Assembly (NCBI GenBank): GCA_030141605.1
Contig: JAQGDQ010000164.1
Span: forward strand, 124,001-188,000
DNA from: Tubiluchus corallicola
Taxonomy: Eukaryota > Animalia > Priapulida
Length of the DNA stretch: 64,000 nt
Direction: 5' to 3'
Part shown: one piece after another, positions 1-46,700 of the stretch
Position numbering within the stretch: the stretch's first letter is position 1
Layout of the letters: each line of letters opens with the position of its first letter
Notes under the pieces: generated by a model
The model's input: only the letters and a program-made list of their open reading frames with translations
What the model was told of the DNA's origin: nothing
The model's database searches: none
Position numbers and translations under genes: made by a program

Positions 1-155
1 GACGACATAGGATGTTTGACATAGGCAATAGGCATATCAGTTATAACGAAGCAAGCAGTTTTGACAAAAAATATTTGAAATGACTGGAAGAGGGCAAATG
101 TAAGAAACGTAAAGATGGATACAGCGTAGATGAAACACGGCTTCGAGACACTTAC

Positions 156-32164
<32,009 letters not shown>

Positions 32165-33422
32165 TTTCTGTTTAATCTTCCACTAATCCGGATTAAACTG
32201 CGTTTTAGAATTTTTAGAAGTTCACTGAAAAATTTTTCTCGGTTCGCTGTAAACGTAGTGCTAGCCTGAAATAGTGGCCTAGTGTGCTGTCTAAAAAGTT
32301 TGTCCTTTGACAAGCTGACCGCCAGCTCCAAATTAAATAAAAAACGATTTTTTTATCCAAATTTACAGCTTACAAGCTTCAGGTTCACATTATCCTAGCC
32401 GTTTTAGGCACCCACCACTGTATCTCGTTAGACAAAAATCTATCGATAAGTAATTATTGACGTAATAATCCGTCCATTATTGTCCTAAGCGCAAGCCGTT
32501 TAACCCTTTTCAATAAGTCAAAGCACAGGCATAAATTAGGGTATCAGTAACAATAACGAATAATGATCTGATGAACAGCACAAAGCGGTCGGCTCATTAC
32601 GATGTACTGCTCAACACAAATTCAGCTCAAATGATTAACGCTTGTGCAGTCAGGTGCATCAGGTAGGCAGGTAATCATGGATGCGCATACAGGTGTTATG
32701 CCAAGGACGGAGGACGAAAAAACGTGGATAAAACTGGCCAGAGGAAAGGAAATCATCTAACGGTGAATTAGCCCCATTACTTTTTCCAACGCATTAACTT
32801 AGCATAGCAGTTTTTAACGTACATTTCCTGCAGCGAAGATCTTTGGCAATTTTTCATACTATTTCCTCGTTTACCATTCACTCTGTGAGTGACACTTACA
32901 GATGGCATAAAAAGAAAAACAGATTTAGCACTTGAATTTTACATTATAGAAGTTAATTAATTCTTTAATGATGATGTGTCATTTAAAGTGCAGAGCAGCT
33001 GCATGTTTACAAGATCCATTAATTTACGTCAGCCATCAACGATCAGGTAATTATTACGATATTTATCTCAAATTTTGCCTGAGTTCATGTTACACTTGCC
33101 GCTGTCACTGCAGCTCTACCATGTTTTAAATTCACACGAGAAGAAAGACAATAATTAACATTCGACACCCGTATAGAAGACTGGTACGTAACCAGTTGTT
33201 AACATAAAAGTGCAAAAAAATACAAATAAAATTGCATTTCTACCTACAGCTATTATTTAAAAAATTATGATAATGAATGCTCTGTGGTTAAAAACCAAGT
33301 TCATGTTTACGCTTAAATTTCACATTTTCACCATTCCTAAAAATACGTAATAAATGGAAAACACCTCGAGAATTACTATTTTTAAATCACAAGGTGTAAT
33401 TAACTTTATTTAAACCAACCGT

Positions 33423-33424
<2 letters not shown>

Positions 33425-33501
<77 letters not shown>

Positions 33502-33610
33502 GCGCGCGCGCACGCACGCACGCACGCACTCACGCACTCATTCACTCTCTCCCTGCCTTTATCTTTCTCTCTCTCTCGCTCTCTCACTGCCTCTCTCTCT
33601 CCCTGCCTCT

Positions 33611-33707
<97 letters not shown>

Positions 33708-33743
33708 CATCATCTATCTATTATCTCTGCCTTTCTTTCTCTC
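33425..33743. repeat. Compound (CA)n(CG)n(CACG)n(CT)n microsatellite
   Basis: Directly visible. Confidence 0.98.
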
Positions 33744-34849
33744 GATCCTTATCGCTATCGCCAGCCATTTTGTGAGGACCATTTTGCAACTAATTCTCAG
33801 TTAACCTCAGGGTAACTAGGCCTTAATTGTGGCTTTGATAATGAAATAAAAGTTAAAACTTTTGTGTGAAGAAAAGCTGTTCTCAATTCTTAATAAAGTC
33901 AATGATATGAATTTTATATTATAGAATCATACCAATCATTACGTTACCGACTGATAATATTCTACCACAAAGTTTTGAATTTGAGCTATTTTAATAATAA
34001 CTTACGAAAATCTATTAATTGATCGTGCAATATTTAGGTTAATGTTCACTACATTTATTTCTAAAGCATAACAATATTTAAATTTTATCATTTTAGCACT
34101 CTAGAATGTTTTCAACGTTACAACACATGCAATTTAATAGAATCTGTTCCACAACATGGTTAGTAGTTCCACCTATCGATCAAGAATGGTAACACTATTC
34201 CTTATTGTTATTAACTGCTCTTCCATAACTTTGCTAGTAGAGACCACCTAGCTTCTCTTTATATGAATATTAAGCTATTGTAGGTTTAAGCAATGCGTCT
34301 AGCGGAGGAATATGCTCTCGGAACACCTAGCCACTGGCTCCTAAATGCTGCCCTGCAGTTTGTTGTTTATTGGCACCTTTTTCTGCTGCTTCTCGTCTTA
34401 TCCCAGATAAGCATAGATGCAGCTAACAAACCAACCAATTACTACTTATAAGTCCTGTTTTCTCTCAGCCTTCTGATTTCGTGAAATTCTGGATTAACCC
34501 ACTCGATGACCCCGATCTGATTCAAAAGGAATTAACATTAACCGATATCTCACACATAACTATAGCACTTTAGTTCTATTTCTGGAAACGCAGTCCCGTA
34601 AGTCATACTTTGACCTCTCAAACATAGAGCAGTACCTTGGGCAACCACAGGCCTTCTTTGGGCTTGTGTGAAATATCTAGATTGACTTAAAGTGTCTTCA
34701 CATAAAGAGACTTGTGTTCATAGCGTGTGTAACATAACCTTTTGCTAGGTGGATGCGAAAACAACAAGAAGTTGTCGTCGTCGTTGACTCGTTGTTGTGC
34801 TTGTATGTCCTAAAACATGTCACTTCGCATTTGCTGAGTCAAAGGATTC

Positions 34850-35130
34850 CCATCTCCTGCAGCTGTCCCTTGATGCACCGTCCTTCAAAATTTGTCTAGA
34901 GTTGCATATATTTGCTAAATCTTTTTACATTATATCTTAAACGTCTATGAGCTTCATGTAAAAAGGGATTCCTGATGCAATTTTAGCACATCCATTCCAG
35001 TGCAGCCTTCTTACTTGGATTTGATTACTCCAGGGATATTTCTTTTCCACATCATGCAGATCATCAGTGGATATTTTGTAGGACAATTTGACACCTAAAA
35101 ACTTCCTGTATCGACGACTTTTTCTCAGAA
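34850..35130 (-). mobile_element. RTE-like LINE ORF2 C-terminal relic
   Basis: RRYRKFLGVKLSYKISTDDLH....PWSNQIQVRRLHWNG resembles the RTE 'ILGI.W..KISN...I..RRL.W.GH' region. Confidence 0.5.
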
Positions 35131-36777
35131 ACTTGTCCCCTGAATACTAACTATTAGTTGCTGATTGTGAAGAATTTTACTGTTCTTCTGAATTTCTGCT
35201 TTCCTGAATGTGGTGATGAATAAAGAATATAAAGCATGGAAATATACACTATCATTAATTACAATATTATCAATTCGTTGGTGTAAAGACAAAGAATTAT
35301 GGACGAACTCAACGGAGAGAGTCTTGAAACGATGCGCTTAATTGAGAATAGTTCATAATTGTTGGAGAAATCACAAAAGGTTTGTCATCTTGCTAAGTGC
35401 CTTACTGCTTGAGATTCTGCTAAGCTGAGATGTGAGTCTCTGAGAATGTTTCAAATTTAACGTCGCCCAAATGGCAATTATAGCAAAAATACTTCTTAAC
35501 TACGAATCAGGACTTTTACTGAAGTGCTTTTGTTATGACAGTGTAAAATTAAACTTAAATTTAAAATTTCAAGTATCTAGGTCTGAGTGATAGGAGATTC
35601 GTAATGCAAAACTTTTAATTCGTTATGTTTTTCGTATATTGTCTTTTCCCGCCTATCTGATGATCGTCAAAGAAATTAATAGTCCAACTGCAGTTACGTA
35701 CCACAGAAAAAATGAATAAGAAATTACAGGAATGTATATGAAAATTAGACTTTACGGTGCTAAAAGCATTGTGAATATTTTTGTCTACACTTAGAAGAAA
35801 AAATACTTTTTACTTTTTTTACGTATCCTAGCGTAAGAAAACTTGGTATGATTTCTGCTTTCACAATGGCTTCTATATTACCTGATTGCTGATATTATAA
35901 CTTTGCGTTTGTAACTCTGAAACTTATAACTCATTATTATAGCTAATAAATTTCTTCATTATGTGTTCGACCTGTAATTTGTCAGAAGTACTCTTCTCAA
36001 GGTGCCATAACATTAGCAACAGTGGTTACGTTTCTCAATAAATGTTTGGATAAAGATGAATTTTTATTTTTCCAGGATAGTTACAACAATGATAGTACTA
36101 CGGGTTTCTGTGTAAATCCTGCAAAGTGCAGATACTGACTATCATTGACTAATATTCAAGACGATAAGCAGAATTACAGTTACAGCAGGATTTACAGTTC
36201 ACATTTAAGAATAAAGTATGATTTGTTTTAAAGTCCATTCCAAGACAGAAAACGTGCTTTACTGTAATGAAAATCGTGCAATATAATCGTGGAAGTACTT
36301 TAAATTAGATAAAACTTTAGAACACAGTTACACCAAGTAATCATTAACATTAAGTCAGAAACTATACCAAAAGGCTGTGGAATGTGCACTGAGAAACATG
36401 ATATGTGTGATGCAAACTCATACATGTACAACATGCAACATGTTGAAGTTGATGCAGTTTCACACTGTACAATCTACTGCTTAACAAAAACTAGTTTTTG
36501 GACTGAGCACTGATTCAGTAAAATTGATGATCGAAATTTGCTGATCCAGACTGACAGTTTTCTGTTTACTAACAAGAAAACTAATAATTTATTGCACGCC
36601 ACAATACTAGCACTTTCTGATCTAATTTTAGCTTTAGTGTTCTGAAGAGTACTGAGATTGATTAGAAATTTAATTCTATTTGTGATTTATTTTTTTAAAT
36701 TTTTTTCGTAAATGAATTTGCAACTTATAAATTTTAATAGGTTTTGGGAAGGCTTCGCAGACATTTTGTTCTACTAA

Positions 36778-37755
<978 letters not shown>

Positions 37756-38249
37756 GAAAAATCTTACTATGATGACATGTGTCACAAACAATTAACAAGC
37801 AAAAAAAATTTTTATAGAGGTAGGTTAAAAAGATTTAGTGAAAAACACATTCAAAACAAAGCTTTCAAAGGAACACATGGAAAATACATTTGCAAAGTTT
37901 TCTAACATAAGACATATAAGACATCTAACAATGTAATTGGTGAACATTTTCATGAAAATTTAAATTTACAATGCCTCAATTATTTCAAAAAATACAACTC
38001 CATATAAAATGAAATCTTTACATCAGGTTAAACACTGCGAACTTTTGAGGTCTTGCTGATGCACCCGACATTTATCTTAACAGCAAAATTTTTATTTTAT
38101 TAGCATTTTATCTGTGTGAGTAAAAACAAATTTACACTGCAATTCATGTTGAATATATCGTAATTGTGACATTTTTAAATTTTGACAACAATATTACATT
38201 CATTTGTTATTTAAAATTGAAAATACCTTAACGAAACTAGACAATGATT

Positions 38250-38605
38250 GGACCGGATTAAGATCTTTTGGGACCCCTTAGCCTAATGAAATTATGGGGC
38301 TTCCTCAGATGGAGACACCCTCTAATTTGCTCACTTGTCTCCAATATTTTTTACTTGTGATATATTTCAGCAACATTTGCATAGTTAGGGGCTCATATTT
38401 CAAATAAAGGGCTTCAAAGAGGGGCCATTATCTAAAATAAAGGGTCTCGAACAAAGGTCTTTTGTCTCAAATAAAACGCTCAAACACAGATCCATCTCAA
38501 ATCAGGAGCCACTAAAAATTAGATTTTCAGACTTCCCTTTTTAAAGCCAATCATTAAAGTATGGGCCCCCAAGCTTGAGGAGCACTAGGCTGCAGCCTAT
38601 GCTGA
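38250..38605 (+). mobile_element. Longer copy of the same (C)AGGGCCGGATT family
   Basis: 5' part matches 28819-28955; 3' part AAGCTTGAGGAGCACTAGGCTGCAG matches 56354-56380. Confidence 0.65.
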
Positions 38606-39480
38606 GAGTAGTAACTCAATTATTTTATAGAAAACCTGCTTACTTTTAAAATTAAAGGTGGAAACGTCATAGATAAGTCTAATGCAGTTATATTTGCCAT
38701 GTACTTGTACGAGTTCTAAGTATTCTTTGTGCTTTGGTCAAAGTTGAATTTCTGTATTAGTTAGCGTAAAAGTTATATTATTACTAACTTTTTTATATTT
38801 GTAATTTTTGTATTTCAGTTATAGAAGTTGAAAGTCCAACATATTCATATCATTCCCTAATTATCTTTTGATCTTTAGCATCTGATGTTAAATATTTTGA
38901 ATTAGAATTTGTTTCTTTTTGTTGTATGTTGTTATTGTTATTGCTGCAACTGATATAGTTGAAACACATATGTTACTTACATATAGTCAAATAATTGGAC
39001 TTGTTTCACTTTTATGATTGGTTAGAATTTTAGTTTATTTACTGCTTTGTTTTTAAAATTCTTGTCACAAAAATTACAAATACTAGCCACATTGTTTTAC
39101 ATGTCCATTAGTACAAACATTTTTTTTTAAAGTTTCTAAAGTTGTTAAAGTACTAGTGTAGATTGATAGCCTTAAATGTTCACACACAGATGTTTACAAA
39201 AGGGACCTTGGAGCATTTTCCATCTTGTACGCATGTGACAGCTCCTAGCTGTAACTTTGAAGTGAAAAGCACATTTGTCATAATTCACCGTTAAGCACAT
39301 AGTAGGTGGCACTGCAATCATCATTCATTACATATAAACTGATAATCAAGGTTAGAACATAGGATCACTGGCTGATGTTCATGTTCTTTAGGAATATTAC
39401 AAAAAATACAAGACTGACTTTAAATTGATGAAGAATATATTTTTATTTTTTAATGTACGAATTTTTGAAAATGTATTTAA

Positions 39481-39972
39481 AAGGGTAAAGCATGTTTAGA
39501 AGAATTTACATTTTCACAAAACCACAAATCTTTACTATAACTGCTACAATAGTACAGAAGGCAGCAACGGATCACCAAGTGCCTGTTCGCACACCAAAAC
39601 CGTCTCTAAGTCAGTATAGTTAAAACTACATTACGATGCAGTTTCAAAGTAGGATGCATCAAGAATTTGGTCAAATATCAATTTTTTCATAGAAATAAAT
39701 GCTAAATATATTGGTACTTCACATTCTAGCATCAAATCAGCAAAAACTTTTAAAAATATTTAAAATTTTATTTATATAACTCCTTCCCAATTTTTTCCTG
39801 CCTAAAAATTAGTACTGCAATTGTGAAAAATTCCTATTTTCAAATTCAGATAGCAGCTCGTAGAATCAGCCACTTTGCTGTGTTTTTTCAGTTGTCAAGT
39901 GACAAGCCAAATCTTCATCTGAAAGAAGCATCTGTTGGATTTAAAACTAACTTTAGTGTGCTTTTACACCTT
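39481..39972. mobile_element. Probable TTAA-flanked (Kolobok-like) element
   Basis: TTAA-AAGGGTAAAGCA ... TGCTTTTACACCTT-TTAA imperfect inverted ends. Confidence 0.45.
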
Positions 39973-40542
39973 TTAAAGTTCATAGCAATCACCTTTTCAT
40001 GTACTTGCTAAGTGTTCTTGTAGAAGCACGACAAAAACAATGGCAAGCTTCAGGTTGAATGCCTCAAGATTGTATTTTTCAGTAAACAGCATGCACCTCA
40101 GCTTCAATATAAATAATCTCAGCTTAGAATAATATACAGTAATGAGTTAATTAACTTCACTAAATGGAGATTCAAGATAGTCGATATTCATCAAGTTTAA
40201 CTGCCGACTTATGGACATTTTTGCTGTGCAAACAAACAATTATAGTGTTCAGCATCTCGCCTGACCTTAAAACTATTTAAAGCATTTCTCCTAATTCATT
40301 TAAGCAAAGTGTTAAATTTCTGTATAACTCTCGTCAAATTTTTGTTGAGCCTTGAAACCACTGATTGACATGTCAGATCAAGGCCATAACCTGTATAACT
40401 ATGCTAAAAACACAAAAATACATGGTTTCTCATTAACAGGTAAATATACAAGATCGTGAAAATATCTGGGTGCATGAGATGTTTTCTAGTGTCACAAAAA
40501 CTCTAATAACAATATTTACATAACACAGGATTATGGGATACG

Positions 40543-40712
40543 TCACGTTACATGTATTTTACAGACGTCCTCATAAGGTACACCTTCTACAATTCGACCA
40601 TGAAGTGGACCTGAAGCAATTTTTACAGAACAACTGAAATTTTTCTCGTCCAATCCAACTAACGTAGCTTTATGACTTCTATAAGCACCGTTAAGAACTT
40701 GAACTAATTTAC
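40543..40712 (-). CDS. KIN: KIN17 coding exon 10 (terminal)
   Basis: GKLVQVLNGAYR...VPYEDVCKIHVT, stop TGA. Confidence 0.95.
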
Positions 40713-43700
40713 CTGTAAAACAAATGAAATTTGCTACTTTTACCAACACATGGAGCATTGCAAGTTTTTTAACTAGTCCTGTTATATAGTTTTTTTGTAA
40801 TAATAAGTTAGTTAAAAAGAAAAATGAAACAAAATAAGTAGAACAAGCATGCGCAAAACATATAAAAAACTAGCTAATCGAAAATGGATCTGTTTTTATG
40901 TTCGTCTAGTTTCTCAATAATGTCTCCCTCGATAATTTTATATGCACAGCTACAAATGTAAGACATGAAATACTTTGTCTTTTTTTCTGAATTAGGGATG
41001 TATTCTCCCCATGAAGGAATTTTAGCTGTTCTGGGATGGAAATGAAACCACAAGCTGGGAAACTCAAACTAGTGAAACATATGATCTTCTACAAACCTCT
41101 ATACTACAAACTGTAGATAATCTAGGGGATATCGCGCTGTTGCATGTTAGAAATTAATTTAAAAACTTTGATGCAAATTTTAACATTTGTCGACATTTTC
41201 TATTGCTGTTAACCTTGTAAAATTCCACTATAAAATTTTCCAAGTAAATCTAGAATGTGCAGAATCAGACAATCTTTTAAAGCAAGGGTGGCATTGTGAT
41301 ACATCAGAAAGTGAACTCGGAGTACTATACTAAAAACTAAGATAATCTTGGAAAGATATTGATTATCGAGGTGGAGACTGAAAATGGTACAGAAAAGTCA
41401 GTCAAAGCTTTACCTTGTGCTGGTATCACAGTCTCTAAATGAACTTGATCCACCTTCAGCTTGTCACCACTATTTAACATTTTTACAATAGCTGCATAGT
41501 TATCTACCACTTGCTTAACAACAGCTTTTTGCTTGTAATACTTCTCACCCAGCTTCCGAGTTGTTACCTTGACAACGATATCCTAGAAATCAAACAATCG
41601 ATGAATATTACCAAATTACTTCACACTGACAAAATGGTGAATTGCGTCTACTAAACAATTAAGCCAGTCAACCAAAAAGGTCAAATAAGTCAAATGAGCA
41701 AACAAAACTATACAACTAGGCTGTTTAAATAAGTGTAACATAGCATTTCATGGTGACTTCTGCATCTTATAGTTGCAATTGTGATGCAAAACAGCTCGAG
41801 AACATCAGTGCAAAATACTATATATACATTTTCTACCATCAGCATGAAGTATGTACAATATTTTTATCTTTCTTAAATCTAAAAATACAAAATATTAATC
41901 ATGTTATTGTTAATTTAGCAAATATGAAACAAAATCAAGCAAGAATAACACCTATTTACCTCAGTCAACCAGTAATCCTTTCTGTTTGTTTTGGCTTTCT
42001 TTCTTTCTTCCTCCTAATTTAAACAATAAACAGTTTGCAAGTTTTTAAAATTTGACAAAGAATTTGTATACATCTTTAAAGTTGACTTATTTCTTTTCAT
42101 TTAAATAACTATAACAGATAGGAACACATGCACCAGTTGCATATGTCATTTGCTACTCAAGACAGATGGCACCACATGCACCAGTTGCATATGTCATTTG
42201 CTACTCAAGACAGATGGCACCACCTGCATCCATCATTTGCTATTCAAGACACATCGTACCACCAGCATCCATCATTTGCTATTCAAGACACATCGTACCA
42301 CCTGCATCCATTGCATTCATCATTTACTACTCAAGACAGATGGCACCACATGTATCTGTTACATACCTCATTTACTACTCAAGACAGATGGCAGCACATG
42401 TATCTGTTACATACCTCATTTACTACTCAAGACAGATGGCAGCACATGTATCTGTTACATACCTCATTTACTACTCAAGACAGATGGCACCACATGTATC
42501 TGTTACATACCTCATTTACTACTCAAGACAGATGGCACCACATGTATCTGTTACATACCTCATTTACTACTCAAGACAGATGGCACCACATGTATCTGTT
42601 ACATACCTCATTTACTACTCAAGACAGATGGCAGCACATGTATCTGTTACATACCTCATTTACTACTCAAGACAGATGGCAGCACATGTATCTGTTACAT
42701 ACCTCATTTGCTATCCAAGACAGATGGCAGCATATGTATCTGTTACATACCTCATTTGCTATTCAAGACAGATGGCACCACATGTATCTGTTACATACCT
42801 CATTTGCTACTTAATTCTAAATATCTCAAAGTCAAACGATACTAACACAAAACATTTCGAAATTAATTTTTATGGAAATCATATCTTTATTTTTAGATAT
42901 ACACAACAATTTATTGTTAAGTAAGCATTACGTATTGCTTGCTTCCGTACATATACTATTAATCTGAATGTGATTCTACTTTCATAATGACTGGAAGAAC
43001 ATTAAGAAATAAATGACTCATGACTAATAAGGCGTTTCACAGTTCCAGTGATTGATGATGATCATGAAAAGGTCAAAGGTCAGACAACTCATTTGTGTAT
43101 ACTTGACAATGCCTCACAGCTCATGTTGCTGTAATAGTAACAGTTTTAACAGTTAGATAATTCATTTTTCCTTGTTCCTAAGCAAGATCCTCTCAGTAAA
43201 TCACTCTGCGCACAGAATAATACATAATTAACGTCCACATAAAATTATTCTTTTATAAATGCTTTACACCAGGTAATATACAGAACAATTAAAATCATAC
43301 TTCCATAATTTCATCTAAAGCTGATTTCCGTTTGCCAGCAGGTGTGTTATCGTCTTTAGATGTAGAAGATGAGTTTAAACTTGTTTTAGGCTTCATTTTA
43401 AGTGGATTTTTTTCACTCGTAGCAACATCAGATCTAAAAAACAAAGTACAGTAGATAGAATATACAAGAGTCATTGGAAGGGATTAAACCACTCCTCCTG
43501 GTTTGCTATTCACAGGAAGCTAGGCTCCCTTATGGATAAATGAATTGTGTTGGAGTAACATAACTTTATTTCTTCTGTCATTCGGCTGTGTATCACACGA
43601 TACACAAGTTTACAGTTTAGTATTTGTTTTGTTTGCTTTTTACAATGTGGATTTTTGTATTTTTTATCTACTATATTTGTATTTAGATGGATTGTTGTGT

Positions 43701-46700
43701 TGTGTGATCAAGACCATATTATGGTCGAACTATTGCAGATAAGCAGATGTTTAAGTAAGAAACCAGTCTTTTCTTAAGTGGTGCCTAATAGTTTTGAATT
43801 TTTTTTTCAATTGTTACTATTAGAAGTGCACTTGCTTATTTTTGTTGTTAAAGACAGTAGATCAATAACTAAGTTATGCTTTGAAGGTTGAAGGAAGATT
43901 GTGAAATTTGAAGCATATATACAAATGCTTTGTATGTATATATATATATATACACATGCTTTTGACATATAAAGCATCAACTACAAAATCTTGATCATGA
44001 ATTATTACTTGGTTGTCTGTTCTGTTGGCTTTGTGGTGACTGGTAGCTTAAAGGCTATTTTTTCTTCTTCATTTTCTCGCTGTAATTCTGTAAACTCGGG
44101 TGTCTTCCCTTCCGTTCTTCTTCTCTCACTTTCTCTTTTCACTACACAATAAAACAAAAGTCAAAAAATTTTTCTTTTTAAAACCTAATTTGGCTTAATT
44201 CTGCATAGCAGCAAAGACTGGCATGCTTCATAGAGTGGTACAGACTGGCTTCATAGCTTCATAGAGTGGTACAGCCTTTCGACTAATACTCTGCATAAAA
44301 GAACAGTCTCCATGAAAGCCAGAATCCATGATCCATAACTTTCTGTGACAAAACTTGGTTTATTTTTTCACTGGGACAAACTTAGGCCAGTAATCATAAA
44401 AACAAGGTGCAACAAGTTCAACAAAACTCACTTATATAAATTCACAATGTGGTCAATCTTTATTTTTGAGTTCAATGTTATGATGTGTACATAAACACAT
44501 ACTACAGAAATTCAACAACCTAAAACTTGTCCTTGCACAGTGATCAATTTTTATTTTTGTAAAAAGTTACAAAATGTAATAAATTACAATATTTACAAAT
44601 TGAACAAATTACAACATTTAGTAATAAAATGTGGCGTAAGTTCCGTAGCATATGTGTGCTATGCAGGAAATTCAGCAATCTAAAATTTCACCATACATCT
44701 CAGCCATATCGTTACGCTACAACAGTTACCTTGTCGTTCTATAAAAGCTGCAATTTTTTCCTCGTCGTCAACGTCCATTTTTACTTTGGCTGCAAGTAGT
44801 TCTTGACGACGAATCGTTTCCGGATCGCGATCAATCCATGTTATGAACCAACCCTTTTCTGTATGATCTACTGTACAATGACCTAAAACATGTCGTGAAG
44901 CCACAACTATAAACTTTACACAGGCAAAAAACAACTCGTCAAGCTACCCATTGCAGCTATTACAGCAAAGCAAGTCAAGGTCATGCGACTGACTGTGACC
45001 CTGTTTTGTATTAAGGTCAAAATTTTATCCATATTGGTGCATTTTTGGTTTACTTTTGACCATTTAGCACTTTTTATTGCACCAGATATGGGGTTAAAAT
45101 TCTTGATACGTTAAACTATTTTCATCACTAGTCAATTGATCGTTATCATTATTGATAATTATTAATGAATTCATTGTCTCTTAATCAGTAACAACTCTGC
45201 CTTTAGGTTACTGTTCATTAATGCAGATGTTATCAAACTACGATAAGTGCAGTAAAGTTATTCACATAATCATGAAGTTTCAAGAAATCTTGAAATATGT
45301 CCTGGAAAACAAGATTTTATTCTCTACTGGCCTGACCCAAAGAGAATCCACATCAGGGAACACTTTGATGCTGTACAGAAGCAGCAGTGACACTTAACAT
45401 AAAGGATCTTTTAGTACATAATAATGTATGCCCTTTATTTGGAACGTTTGTAGTTCACTATGAAATTAAACAAAAAGAACAAAATTATACATAAAAATTA
45501 GTATTTAAGATCAAAAGATTGAAATTGATTACAGACTTACACATCTCATAAATTACAATTATTAGTGGTCCATTTTGATCTCATATAAAACCATCTTTTC
45601 ATGCAGAAGATGTAGAAGCCATACTTTTTATTTCAAATATGTTTAACAAGTTATTCCAGATTGATATGCCAAACGAAAGGATTGGTCATACAGTGTTAAA
45701 AAGTTTTTTTTGCTTGACAGCACAGTTTACTGTAATCATTTCCAATCAACAACATTCTTTAACTCATCCAGTTTACTCAGTATGGCACAGTTACAGTTGA
45801 GTAAAAACGATTACTCATGTGTCACACAAATACATATACTCACTGAAACATTCTTCATACATTTACCTAAACATCAATGAACATCATAATAGAAGAACAG
45901 CAGAAAATATGTAATAAAGAACAATAGATAGTGTGACATTTTATGAAGCAAATCATACGCCTCACAGGTAAAATCAAAACTGCAGAGATTTGGCACCTAC
46001 CTTCTTTGCCAAGCCATTTGACAAAGTCAGTAAGAGTTTCCCACTGTGTAGAATTCATATGTAAATGTTCCCGGTCACTAATATATTCTTGATATACAAC
46101 ATTAGCATGGACACGCTTCGTACCTTGTAGTATAACCAACACACATTATGTCACAAAGCTATGCATATATTAGGGATGCACCAAAATTTAGAAACAGATG
46201 AATTTCGGTTACCGAACGGAATCGAATTTTCAGTTCACTTTTGTTTCGTTAGTATAAAAAATTCAGCAAAGTTTTGTTTCAATAATTTTTTTCTAAGAAA
46301 TCTGACCGAAATTTTGAAAAATTCGGTTTTAGTTCAGTTGCAACGAAAGTAAAAAATTACTTTTTATAATTTGCCATTTTTCTCCACTGAACACAATGCT
46401 ACAAAGCCTGAAAAAAACAATCAACAATTTTTCAACAAAACTGCTTACAACGTGGTAGACCTTCAGCTTACACTAGCTTCACAAAATGTTACCATTTGTT
46501 GGAATCTTCATTTGTACGATGTGTCTACAAGTGGTTTTATTGTTAATATAGCGAAAGACATTGTGAATATTGCGTAGCTTATCATTATTGTCAAGTTGTC
46601 AACATTGTTTGGCGAATTTAATGTAACTGTGTCAAGCATGGATAAATGATGTGTATCAAATACAAGCATATGAGATTTTTTATTCATTAGGTTTTTAACA

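Noticed and set aside
42128-42924. His/Cys-rich ORFs of 228-252 aa
   Set aside because: Translations of the 48-bp minisatellite in all three frames, antisense within a KIN17 intron
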